From an uncultured virus (IMG/VR IMGVR_UViG_2811995274_000001) (lineage: Duplodnaviria > Heunggongvirae > Uroviricota > Caudoviricetes): DNA of 64,000 nucleotides. Both the position numbers and the translations under genes were made by a program. Positions 11,522-21,037 of the stretch are shown piece by piece (position 1 is the first letter of the stretch; every line of letters begins with the position of its first letter). The stretch lies in IMG/VR virus record IMGVR_UViG_2811995274_000001; one strand, written 5' to 3'. The notes beneath the pieces were generated by a model. That model was not told the DNA's origin and searched no databases. It was given only the letters and a program-made list of their open reading frames with translations.

Positions 11522-12415
11522 TTATGCTGTTTGTGATAATAAAATATATCTTTTACTTTTTCCAATCAAATAATAAATATCTTTAATATCTCCTTTCATA
11601 TGTGTTTTTGTATTAACTTTATAGTACTCTATAGTTTTATAATCTTCTTTATGCTCATACCACCATTTCTTTATTAAATCTTGAGCAGGTAGTTTTAGAT
11701 AACATTGAACAACTTGAACGTTACCTTGAGTTTCTAACCTAAATTGAGTATATTCTGTTTCCTGTGGAATAATTACCTTATATTTAACTTTAATATTTAA
11801 AAAATTGCATATATCACATATTAATGCTGTATGTGGATTTCCTGTTTTGCTATAGATTTCTAATTGCTGAGCTAATTCCATTGGAGTAATGGCTCCTTCT
11901 GCTATAGGAGTAATCATTTTACAAGTAATATCTTCTATTAGTCTATTATTTTCTTCTTGTTTAATTTCTAAGATGCTCATTTTGTTATCTTGTTGTTCTA
12001 ACTTATCTATTAATGCTCTAAGACCATCATAAAGAGTGTTAAAGTTATTTTTAACACTGTAATAAAAATAATCTACTAATCTTTTTTGAATATCCCATGA
12101 TAAATCATCATAGAAGCATTTACATATATTTAAATATCCTTTAAAAGTTAATAGATGAAATTTAAAATTATTACTCTTTGGCAAATCTTTTAAAGTATTA
12201 TATCTTTCTTCTAATAGTTTTTTACCTTTATTTCCACTAAAATAATAATAATCTATTCCTTCTAAAAAATGTTTTTTATTCCTTTGAAAGTTTCTATATG
12301 TTGTACCTGATTCTTTTCCATGTAAAATATCTACAGCAAAAAATGGTAAAACTCTCTCGTTGTTATACTCTCTTACAGTAAAAACAATTTTATCATTCAA
12401 TACAAAATTTTCCAT
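11522..12415 (-). CDS. ORF6N-domain antirepressor-like DNA-binding protein
   Basis: REYNNERV...D.LH...GT.YRNF.RNKKHF.EG.DY...LLT..GYL...K.F.DDLSW.IQ..LV..Y. Confidence 0.8.
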   Translation of the reverse strand: MENFVLNDKIVFTVREYNNERVLPFFAVDILHGKESGTTYRNFQRNKKHFLEGIDYYYFSGNKGKKLLEERYNTLKDLPKSNNFKFHLLTFKGYLNICKCFYDDLSWDIQKRLVDYFYYSVKNNFNTLYDGLRALIDKLEQQDNKMSILEIKQEENNRLIEDITCKMITPIAEGAITPMELAQQLEIYSKTGNPHTALICDICNFLNIKVKYKVIIPQETEYTQFRLETQGNVQVVQCYLKLPAQDLIKKWWYEHKEDYKTIEYYKVNTKTHMKGDIKDIYYLIGKSKRYILLSQTA

Positions 12416-12607
12416 GTTGCTTTCTCCCTTTATAATATTAATTTTATTTAGTACAAATTAAACTAGCAATTGAATATAAAACTTTTGTTTGATCTTTAAG
12501 TTTATTAATAATATTACAATCTTTTTCTAATGTTTCATTCAAATAATCTGTCCATGGAATAAACTTAACTTCATTAATGTGATATTTTCTTTTAATATAC
12601 ATTTTTT

Positions 12608-13059
12608 TCATAATATAACCTCTTTTTTTAAATAAATTCTAACTATTATCTGCTTATCTTTTAAAGTTTTAGATAGTTTATTTATAATAATTGACATACT
12701 CCCCATGCCTAAAGGCAGGGAATTCTTGGATACAAACGATACTTGCCTACTAAAATAGCAGGTCTTACTATATCTCTCCAAAGAAGGTTGATGCCCCAAC
12801 CTTGTTTTTTAGCGAGCTTATATCCCCATAAATAAATTTAGGGGCTTTACGCTCGCATTTGGTAAATGAACATCTTCTTTTTTTAATTGTCCTAATCCAT
12901 AGCCTAACATTGGAATTGATATGCTTTTAATATCGTATTTATAGATAGCTAAAATTAAAGCATCTAATCCTTTATCTATAAACGATAATTGAGAACTATT
13001 TTTCCAGTGTATTTTAGTAGGAAAATTAATGATTATCTTATTTTATATTCTATTTGCAT
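12608..13059 (-). pseudogene. Macrodomain (DarG/Poa1p-like) pseudogene with N-terminal deletion and IS insertion
   Basis: Frame KIIINFPTKKHWKNSS...IDKGLDAL...IKSISIPMLGYGLGQL...DVHL; excising 12691-12861 restores LIINKL...IIVRIY; upstream MQIEYK is out of frame. Confidence 0.8.
12691..12861 (-). mobile_element. Non-autonomous IS200/IS605-family (IS608-like) element, 171 bp
   Basis: Inserted 3' of TTAC; left-end hairpin preceded by AAAG; right end GAAT-hairpin-GGGGAGTATGTCAA; no tnpA/tnpB ORF; precise excision restores the interrupted reading frame. Confidence 0.88.
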
Positions 13060-13079
13060 ATAAAACTTTCTATTTATTA

Positions 13080-13298
13080 TTAACATAACATTATAACAAT
13101 TATAAATAACAAAATTATTATCCATGGATTTTCATATACTATTGCTATTAAAATAGGGAATAATATAAGTATCATAAATACTGAAAAGATGAGTAAAAAA
13201 ATACTCATTATAGGAAATAGTATAGAAAATACAATAGGTGCTAATATTACTATTCCTATTACTAATAATGTGCACTTCAATATATCTATTAAGTCCAT
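13080..13298 (-). CDS. Small membrane protein
   Basis: Almost entirely hydrophobic, GGAGG RBS. Confidence 0.6.
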   Translation of the reverse strand: MDLIDILKCTLLVIGIVILAPIVFSILFPIMSIFLLIFSVFMILILFPILIAIVYENPWIIILLFIIVIMLC

Positions 13299-13333
13299 TG
13301 TTTCCTCCTTTATCTAATATAGTAAATATATAT

Positions 13334-13549
13334 TTATTTTTTTGTTTTTGTATAAATTTCTCTACCTATAAGCGACACGATAATAGGTAATCTTTTAATC
13401 ACAAAAACAATACATAAAATTGGCATAAATAAAACTGCTAAATAAGTATACTTATTTAAATTATTATCTATTTTAATACGAACATATGAACCTAATACAA
13501 TTACTAAATAAAAAAAGCATACTATTACAATAATTTTATCAGCTAACAT
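13334..13549 (-). CDS. Small membrane protein
   Basis: Two hydrophobic helices. Confidence 0.55.
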   Translation of the reverse strand: MLADKIIVIVCFFYLVIVLGSYVRIKIDNNLNKYTYLAVLFMPILCIVFVIKRLPIIVSLIGREIYTKTKK

Positions 13550-13567
13550 TTTTTCAACTCTTTTCTT

Positions 13568-14059
13568 TTATTTGTTTAAAACATATATAGTTAAATAGTT
13601 ATATTTTGTTACTCTTATAAAATCATATTCTTGTAGTAATTTTATATTCTTTTTTATAAGATATTTTGATAGTTTAAGATCACTAAAAATATCTTTATTG
13701 GTTTCACTTATTAATATACCATTATCAGATATATTTTCAATATGTTTATAAATATCATATGCTTCTTGTGATATTCTCATTATGCTATTATAATTATTGA
13801 TTTTTCCATAGATATCTTCTATTTGCACTAATAGATCGTCATACAATTTTATTTTATCATCTATTAAAGATAACTTTTGTATTAGAACATTTAAATCATT
13901 GTTTAACTTTTTTATGTTACATAAATTTTGCTGTTCTACTTGTTCGTTAATAAGTTCAAGATTAAAATTTAAAGATAAATTATTTATATTTTTTGCTCCT
14001 ATTAACTTAGATCTACATTCTTTTATATAATTTTCTACTTTTTCTATTTTTGCTTTCAT
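13568..14059 (-). CDS. Hypothetical protein, possible C-terminal winged helix
   Basis: Coiled-coil N-terminus; I..DL.LS...I.K.I..L.....I pattern. Confidence 0.5.
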   Translation of the reverse strand: MKAKIEKVENYIKECRSKLIGAKNINNLSLNFNLELINEQVEQQNLCNIKKLNNDLNVLIQKLSLIDDKIKLYDDLLVQIEDIYGKINNYNSIMRISQEAYDIYKHIENISDNGILISETNKDIFSDLKLSKYLIKKNIKLLQEYDFIRVTKYNYLTIYVLNK

Positions 14060-14071
14060 TATGATGCTCCA

Positions 14072-14593
14072 TTAGTAACAATAATTTTTTTGAGATAAGA
14101 TTGTATAAACACTATTATCATCTTCTAAAACAGTATTTAAAACATCAAAAGTATCTTCTACTATTGTATCACTATTAGAATGTTCTATATCTAAAAGATA
14201 TATATAGCTATTTTCAATTAATGATAAACTTAATTCTTTAGGAAAAAATTGATATTTATTATATAAATCATTTACACAATAATCATTTATGCTTATAATT
14301 CGTTTTTGATTATATGTTAATTTTAATAAATCAATTGATTCTGGTAAAATTTCTTCATAAATATCTTTAAAATAATCTAATGCATTGGGACCATCAATTA
14401 TTTTTTCACATGAATCAAGATATCCAGATAATGTTTTATTTTTATTTAATAGAATTAAAGATGATATATCTTGCTCTACACAATTCTCTTTAGGTTTTCT
14501 AAAAACATTAAATACATCTAATTGTTCAATTTTTTCCATATCAATTTTATGATTAATGGATAAAAGATATTTAGTTCCATAGTTTATAGACAT
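14072..14593 (-). CDS. Hypothetical protein
   Basis: 173-aa ORF with RBS. Confidence 0.65.
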   Translation of the reverse strand: MSINYGTKYLLSINHKIDMEKIEQLDVFNVFRKPKENCVEQDISSLILLNKNKTLSGYLDSCEKIIDGPNALDYFKDIYEEILPESIDLLKLTYNQKRIISINDYCVNDLYNKYQFFPKELSLSLIENSYIYLLDIEHSNSDTIVEDTFDVLNTVLEDDNSVYTILSQKNYCY

Positions 14594-15236
14594 TTTTATT
14601 TCTCCTTATCTTCATCAAATAATGGATTTGTCTTAAAATATTCCTCAACGGTTAAGCCATCAATTCTAGCAATACCGTCTTCTGATTTTTTATTTGGAAT
14701 ATTATATTCTTCTAATAGCTCATCTAAAAGTTCAAAAGCTTTTTCTGTTTCTTTATCTGTTAACATTATTTGCATCTACTAATTCCCAATCAAAACCACA
14801 TTCATTAAAAAATTCATCTCTTGCTATTTCTTCTGCCTCATCTTCTGTAATATCATTATCTACTTCAATTTCTAATTTTGTAGTCTTCCCAATATTTTTA
14901 TAAATATAAACTTTTAATATTTTCATTTTTACGTTTCCTTCCTATTCTTGAAGACAACCACCACAGCAACCTTTTTCTATATTTACGATTTAAGTTTCTA
15001 TTCATTGATTTTTGCCTTCTTATATAGCTTTTTTTGACTTATTTACTGAAATCATTTTTATCAATTTTATTACGAGCAATAATATTATCTAAATAGTCAT
15101 TAGTTCTATCCATTAAATCTAATAACTTATTTGGATCAATATTTTTATCATCTTCATAATATTTACCTAATAACCTAATCGCTTTTTTCAATTCGTCTAG
15201 ATTTTTTGAATTCATTTTCAGTTGTCCTTACTTTAG

Positions 15237-15545
15237 TTAAATTTCATTTTCATCGTCAATATAGATGTCTACACTTATAGTGCATTTTCGTGTAGAAATA
15301 ATCTTATTTGTATCACGTTCTACTTTTATGATATTCCATGTTTCATAATGATCTATATCTGTCATTTCAAAATCTATACCTTGATTAACAGCTTCTTCTA
15401 TTGTATCGTATGGGCCTTCACAAGTAATAATATCTAATGTTTCTTTTTTATTTTCATTAACGTAATTTCTAAATGGAGTAATATAATACTCATAATCCTC
15501 ATCAAATTGACTATATTCTTCATACATCAATATCACTTCTTTCAA
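15237..15545 (-). CDS. Acidic hypothetical protein
   Basis: ORF in a packed operon. Confidence 0.6.
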   Translation of the reverse strand: MKEVILMYEEYSQFDEDYEYYITPFRNYVNENKKETLDIITCEGPYDTIEEAVNQGIDFEMTDIDHYETWNIIKVERDTNKIISTRKCTISVDIYIDDENEI

Positions 15546-15894
15546 AAAAATTATTAACTATATTATTTATGATTTTTATATCATTAGGAATGATTTGCTC
15601 TTTATACTTAGAATAGTTTCTTTGAGGAACTTCTAAACATATTATTTTGTCTTCAAAAATTTCAAATTCTAAATAACTATTATCAATCAATTCATATTCC
15701 ATTTGAATAGAGTTGTTTGCAGTAGGAAAAATTTCTGGCTGTTCTACTATATTTTCTAAAATATTTTTAACTATAGAAATCAATTCAGGAGGAAACTTTT
15801 TAGCATTATTATCATTCCAATTATCTTTTAAATCACTAATTCCTTTTAATTTTTTTAAATTATTATATAACTCTTTTTTATACTTTAAAGACAT
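15520..15894 (-). CDS. Hypothetical protein
   Basis: L.DNW...A...PEIFPT...SIQMEY pattern. Confidence 0.6.
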   Translation of the reverse strand: MSLKYKKELYNNLKKLKGISDLKDNWNDNNAKKFPPELISIVKNILENIVEQPEIFPTANNSIQMEYELIDNSYLEFEIFEDKIICLEVPQRNYSKYKEQIIPNDIKIINNIVNNFFERSDIDV

Positions 15895-15912
15895 ATTAAT
15901 TATCCTTTAGTT

Positions 15913-16767
15913 TTAATTTATACGAAAAATACCTCCTGTAGATACAAATTTATGTCGTCGATGTAAAATATTAATATATGTTCTTAACACATCTACTATT
16001 TCTTTTTTTTCTTCCATTCTCATAATTGGTGTTAAATCAAAAGCACATTTAGCATATTCTTCTAAGAAATCATATGTTATATCATTATTTTTATTGGTAT
16101 AATCAATTTTAAGATCTGATATGATATTATCTTTTAATTCAAATTGAAAACATTTTTTCCATTTATTGGTATCAATATAATATCTATCTTCATATATATA
16201 ATTTTGTTTTATAGCGAATACGCTTCTTAATATTATATAGTATTGCTTATCTTTCTCATTATAAGTTACTTCTAAAGTTTTATAATATCCAAGATAGCAT
16301 TTATTAACAAATTCTTTCATCTTTTTTCTTAATGCTTTTCGTCTAGATAAACTAACAATATGTCTAAAAGATGAATTTAATAAATTTATATTATCTTCTA
16401 TCTTATCTTTTTGAGTTTTAATAGATAATTTAACAGTTAAGAACCGTATATCAGAAATATTTTTTTTAAAATAATTGATAATATCAAGCAAGTAATATTG
16501 AGACATTAAATTTTGTTTTTTTTTACAATATGGACATATTCTCATATTGCATGGATAGTCTCTTCTAAATTTAGATAGTTCGTTAGCATCAGGAACAAAT
16601 GTATTAGCACATTTTTTAAATTTTTTAAACTGATTTTTTGTTAATAATGGTTCCTCTAATGGAATCTTTAATGATTCTAATGCAGAAGCAATTTTTAGAG
16701 AGCCCTTTAGTAACTCTTGCCATTCTTTTAATCCTATATCCATATTAAAATTTTCCACTTTATTCAC
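15913..16767 (-). CDS. Rolling-circle Rep (pC194/Rep_1-like) homologue, apparently catalytically inactive
   Basis: C.MRICPYC, RFLT, GYYKTLEVTYN, L.RR....GGIF retained; HxH position reads ILR and AKY position reads AKC. Confidence 0.7.
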   Translation of the reverse strand: MNKVENFNMDIGLKEWQELLKGSLKIASALESLKIPLEEPLLTKNQFKKFKKCANTFVPDANELSKFRRDYPCNMRICPYCKKKQNLMSQYYLLDIINYFKKNISDIRFLTVKLSIKTQKDKIEDNINLLNSSFRHIVSLSRRKALRKKMKEFVNKCYLGYYKTLEVTYNEKDKQYYIILRSVFAIKQNYIYEDRYYIDTNKWKKCFQFELKDNIISDLKIDYTNKNNDITYDFLEEYAKCAFDLTPIMRMEEKKEIVDVLRTYINILHRRHKFVSTGGIFRIN

Positions 16768-17074
16768 CTCTACATTCTAATACGAATTGCTTTATTAATG
16801 GATCATGAATATTGTTAATATCAATATTGTTATAATGTTTATTTATATATTTTTTTATTTTATCTTTATCATTATTATTAGTTGCAACTACGTATTCTTT
16901 ATAATACATAGACAATATCTTTTCTTTTTTAGTATAATCAATTATAGTATATGATTTTATATTATTTAAAAGATAATCAACTAATTGATTCTTATAAGCA
17001 GAGATAATATCTAAAGCAATTGTAAGAATAACAGAAACAATAATTATAACAATACTTATTTTTATTTTATTCAT
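16760..17074 (-). CDS. Membrane-anchored hypothetical protein
   Basis: N-terminal TM helix. Confidence 0.55.
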   Translation of the reverse strand: MNKIKISIVIIIVSVILTIALDIISAYKNQLVDYLLNNIKSYTIIDYTKKEKILSMYYKEYVVATNNNDKDKIKKYINKHYNNIDINNIHDPLIKQFVLECRGE

Positions 17075-17298
17075 ATCATCACGCTTTCTTTTTAAAAACT
17101 AATTGTAAAATTTATATCAGATAATAATAATATATAAAACAATATCGTTGCACTAAATAATCCAGAAAACCAAATTATAATGATTTGTGTTGTATCAGAA
17201 ATATCTATAAATAATCCTAATATAAAGTATATACTAATCATGAATATCAATTGAATAGCTGAATATAGAGCTATATATATACATAATATTACATCCAT

Positions 17299-17889
17299 TT
17301 AAATCACGCAGCCTTTATTTGTTAAACTTTTTAAAACAATAGTGTTATACAGTCTTTCCATAAATGAATGCTTCTCCAAAATATCATCTGAGTTGTCTTT
17401 AGCCATTTGTTCAAAGACTTGTTTAATGAATTCTAGCATGGCAGGATGCATAGATATGGCTTTATTATTATATTTATGTTCCATAAACCATTCGTATTCT
17501 TTTTTATAGTCAATATTATCATTATCGTTAATATATGTTCTAGCAGCAGCTAAATAGTCACAGATTAGTTCTAGAGTATAATTGTATGGCATTATTAATG
17601 GTTCACATCCATTATCATAATTATCTTGCCAATATTCATAGTGATGTTTGTTTACATGACAATGATGTAATTTTGCTTTAGAGTAACCATTTGCTTTTTT
17701 ACTTTCTTTTAGTGGGCTCACTCCATCTTTATAATACATAATAGATTCAATTAATTCTGTTGGATGAAATTTGCTTAAATCATGCATCGCTCCTTGAATA
17801 GGAATACCCGCTTTACAAGCATAATGAAATACCCATTTTTTATGTTTAATAACGTTTTTTAAATGTTTGACAGTGTTTTTAATTAACAT
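17299..17889 (-). CDS. DUF5662-family HD-like protein
   Basis: HKKWV, HDLSKF, LHH...NKHH.EYW, MP...E.ICD..AA..Y. Confidence 0.75.
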   Translation of the reverse strand: MLIKNTVKHLKNVIKHKKWVFHYACKAGIPIQGAMHDLSKFHPTELIESIMYYKDGVSPLKESKKANGYSKAKLHHCHVNKHHYEYWQDNYDNGCEPLIMPYNYTLELICDYLAAARTYINDNDNIDYKKEYEWFMEHKYNNKAISMHPAMLEFIKQVFEQMAKDNSDDILEKHSFMERLYNTIVLKSLTNKGCVI

Positions 17890-19036
17890 TTTTTATTGCC
17901 TCACTCAATTTATTTTGATCTATTGTAGGGATACCTCCAAATGTGCCCTTACAATATAAACTTAACAAGTTATTCTTATCAAATATTCTTCTAAAAGAAT
18001 TGATGTTTTTTATATCTCCATGATCAACTACATATATCATATTTTTTAGTTCTTTAATATCTAATAATGCTATTGAATTAGAACTTGTATATATAACTTG
18101 TCCTTCAATTTTGTTATAGAAAAATTCTATTATAGATTTTAACAAAATTGGATGTACATTCGTATCTATATTATCAATAATTACAATTTTGTTCTTAGCT
18201 GCTTCTAATAGATAATATATAAGATATACAATCTGTTTTATTCCTTCAGATTCTTTTTCGAAATCTATTGTTGCTTTATAGCTATTATTTTTACCATATA
18301 ACTTATATTCAATATGCTTTTTATCGTATTGATAAACAGAATAATATAGATCATCAATATTGGATAAAAATTGACTACATATTTTAGCTAATGTTGTTAG
18401 TTTATCTTTATATTCCTTATTAGCTACTCCCTTTAATAGATTAATATTAAACGTATCTGAAATTAATATGTCATTAATCCAATCGATAAAGCAAAAAAAG
18501 GTTAATGGTAAATCTTCTTTTGTTTTTATAAAAGCAGATAAAAATTGACAATTAGTAATCTTAACTAAAGAACTTAATACTGCATATTGATTTAAATTAG
18601 GACAAATTATTTCTTTGTATTTATTCATATTATTATTAAAAAATTTAGTTGATAAAACTACTTCTGAGTTATGAATCCTATAACATGAACATATATTTTT
18701 ATTCAATGTAAGTTTTAACTGTTCTTCAATGACTCCTTGTTCAGACAAAACCAATAAATAGGAACCTTTTTTATTGTTTAATAGAAAATCATATTCCAGA
18801 TAAATAGGGCCATTACACATTTTATTTTTATATTTGTTATAGATTTCAGAAATAGTCATATTTTTATCATAATCTATTAATTCTTTTAATAAAGATATAC
18901 TTTTTAATATGTTTGATTTACCAGCTCCATTTTCTCCACATAATAAACTAAAATGATTTATTTCTGTTAGTTTAGTTAAATCAAATATCGTATCTTCAAT
19001 AGAAAGAAAGTTCTTTATATGAATGCTTGTTATCAT
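17879..19036 (-). CDS. AAA_21/AAA_15 ABC-type ATPase (RloA/AbiEii-like)
   Basis: IKNFLSI, GENGAGKSN Walker A, ESEG signature, IIDNID Walker B, HP D-loop, C-terminal Y..G.FGGIP. Confidence 0.8.
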   Translation of the reverse strand: MITSIHIKNFLSIEDTIFDLTKLTEINHFSLLCGENGAGKSNILKSISLLKELIDYDKNMTISEIYNKYKNKMCNGPIYLEYDFLLNNKKGSYLLVLSEQGVIEEQLKLTLNKNICSCYRIHNSEVVLSTKFFNNNMNKYKEIICPNLNQYAVLSSLVKITNCQFLSAFIKTKEDLPLTFFCFIDWINDILISDTFNINLLKGVANKEYKDKLTTLAKICSQFLSNIDDLYYSVYQYDKKHIEYKLYGKNNSYKATIDFEKESEGIKQIVYLIYYLLEAAKNKIVIIDNIDTNVHPILLKSIIEFFYNKIEGQVIYTSSNSIALLDIKELKNMIYVVDHGDIKNINSFRRIFDKNNLLSLYCKGTFGGIPTIDQNKLSEAIKNVN

Positions 19037-19042
19037 TTCCTA

Positions 19043-19492
19043 TTATCGCCTTTCTTTTGTTATTTTAATAAAAGTAAGGTCATCTCGATTTGTTATCTCT
19101 TTAATTTTACGCTGAAATTTAGCTATGTCAGCAATAAAATCTCCTTTGTGTATTATAAAACAAATAAACCATAAATTTAGAGCTACAACATATTTGTTTT
19201 TAAAATAGTAAAATTTCTCTGGTATAGAACTTAAACATACTATCAAAGTATATTTAAATAAAACGTTATTACTTTTGTTTTTATCTAATATAAGATCAAC
19301 AAATGTTAAATCGTTTCTTTTAGTTTCTTTTTCTACTTCATCTAAAAACTTTTCAAAATCAGAAATTAAATCTCCTTTATATAACGAAAAACAGATATAC
19401 CATAAATTTAATACTATTATGTTTTTTCCTTTATGCCAAAAAAAATGTTCATTTTTTAAACTAAAATAACATAAAAAAGTATAATTAAACAT
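19043..19492 (-). CDS. Hypothetical protein made of two internal repeats
   Basis: LNLWYICFSLYKGDLISD...RNDLTF and LNLWFICFIIHKGDFIAD...RDDLTF. Confidence 0.65.
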   Translation of the reverse strand: MFNYTFLCYFSLKNEHFFWHKGKNIIVLNLWYICFSLYKGDLISDFEKFLDEVEKETKRNDLTFVDLILDKNKSNNVLFKYTLIVCLSSIPEKFYYFKNKYVVALNLWFICFIIHKGDFIADIAKFQRKIKEITNRDDLTFIKITKERR

Positions 19493-19514
19493 TTTCTATC
19501 TTCCTTTTGTGTAT

Positions 19515-19904
19515 TTATCTTTCTGTGATAGTTTTTACGATACTGTTAATATCTTTTATAACCATTTCATGAATATTATTAATATTATCAGGTGTGATAT
19601 AAGATGATATTAACATTTTATACATAGTATCTTTTGTTGGAATAGCTATATATAAAACAAGAAATACTATAAAAATAAAAAAGAATATTTTTAATATTGT
19701 TATCTTGTCTTTTTCAGTCAATTCAGTCTCATCATTTTCTGACGATATATTCTTTGAAGAACTATTATCATCTTCTTCAAAGAATGTCAACATAGCTAAA
19801 AGACATATTACTCCAAATAATAACAAACCAATAAAAGATACATCTCGTATAGTACTCAATAAATCTATTAAATATAAATACATAGGACTTATTACTGGTT
19901 CCAT
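19515..19904 (-). CDS. Phage-type two-TM membrane protein
   Basis: MEPVISP..LYLI...IPTK.TMYKM...ITPDNI. Confidence 0.65.
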   Translation of the reverse strand: MEPVISPMYLYLIDLLSTIRDVSFIGLLLFGVICLLAMLTFFEEDDNSSSKNISSENDETELTEKDKITILKIFFFIFIVFLVLYIAIPTKDTMYKMLISSYITPDNINNIHEMVIKDINSIVKTITER

Positions 19905-19921
19905 TTTTTCATCTCCTAAAA

Positions 19922-21037
19922 TTATTTTACAGAATAAGTGAATAAAATAGATGATTTGTCACTAGTATAATTATATGTTTTTTTTACTCCATTTTTATTA
20001 ACATACCAGCCATGTTTATGAGCAATTACATCTATTCTGTATACACCATCTTCAGGAAGCGCTATAACCTTTTCTAGAGCTTTTTGTACTTCTTGATATA
20101 TAACAGTACCCTGATGATTACTTTTTTCATTTAAAAGGACTACAGAATCTAATGACGTATTATCATTATTCAAAAATGCATCTTTTAAATTTTGATTATC
20201 ATTATTTTTTGTTGCTTTTAAGTTATGAACAATATTATCTTCTTTTGTAATAATGATTTCAAAATCAAATTCATTATCAGAAATATGATTTTCTATTGGA
20301 TCCTCATAAGTTATATGAACTAAACCATATTCATCTTTTTCTACATTTAATGATTTAACAGGTTCAGGGTTTAAGTTAATCATGTAGAAATTTTTAATAG
20401 GTTTTTGTAATATAGCTCCATCTTTATTTTGAGGAGCAACTGTTACTTCTAATAAGCCATTATGATTAGCATAATACATATTATAACTTCTATCTTCTTT
20501 ACTTACATAAGTATTTTCTACAGGACAATCTTCTTCTTTGATAGTTATTAAAAATCTTTCTAAAGAATTATTATTAACATTGTCATAGTTCCAACTAATA
20601 TTTATTTTATCTTTTATTTCTATGTCTTGTTCTACTTTTAAATTATTTACTGGATCAGGAGATAACTTAAAAATACCTTTCATCATAGTTGGTGTTTGTG
20701 AACGATTTTTTTCTAAGTCATATGCAGCAATCCAAAATGTTACATCAGCAATCCCATTTCTATAGTCAGTTAAATAAAAATCTATAGAAGTAGTTTTAAT
20801 ATTGTCAATAACTTTAGAATGTTTATCTATTTCGTTAAGCTTCCATTCTTTAGAACATCTAATTTGATAATGACTAAAATTAGGAATATCCAGTGCGTCC
20901 CATGTTAAATGTAAAATTGCTTTATTATTATCATCTTGTATTATTTTAAAATTATTAACAGATGGTAAAATAGCAGTATTTCCACTTTCTGTACGCCAAT
21001 AAGTTTGGGTTTCTTCTGTGTAATCAGTGATTATCAT
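19922..21037 (-). CDS. Fibronectin type III-like repeat protein
   Basis: Repeated P.V.NL.V...I.W...Y.I...V.A segments. Confidence 0.6.
   Translation of the reverse strand: MIITDYTEETQTYWRTESGNTAILPSVNNFKIIQDDNNKAILHLTWDALDIPNFSHYQIRCSKEWKLNEIDKHSKVIDNIKTTSIDFYLTDYRNGIADVTFWIAAYDLEKNRSQTPTMMKGIFKLSPDPVNNLKVEQDIEIKDKINISWNYDNVNNNSLERFLITIKEEDCPVENTYVSKEDRSYNMYYANHNGLLEVTVAPQNKDGAILQKPIKNFYMINLNPEPVKSLNVEKDEYGLVHITYEDPIENHISDNEFDFEIIITKEDNIVHNLKATKNNDNQNLKDAFLNNDNTSLDSVVLLNEKSNHQGTVIYQEVQKALEKVIALPEDGVYRIDVIAHKHGWYVNKNGVKKTYNYTSDKSSILFTYSVK

Noticed and set aside
12608..12799. 63-aa ORF in the track as a real gene
   Set aside because: Chimera of IS right-end sequence and the macrodomain C-terminus
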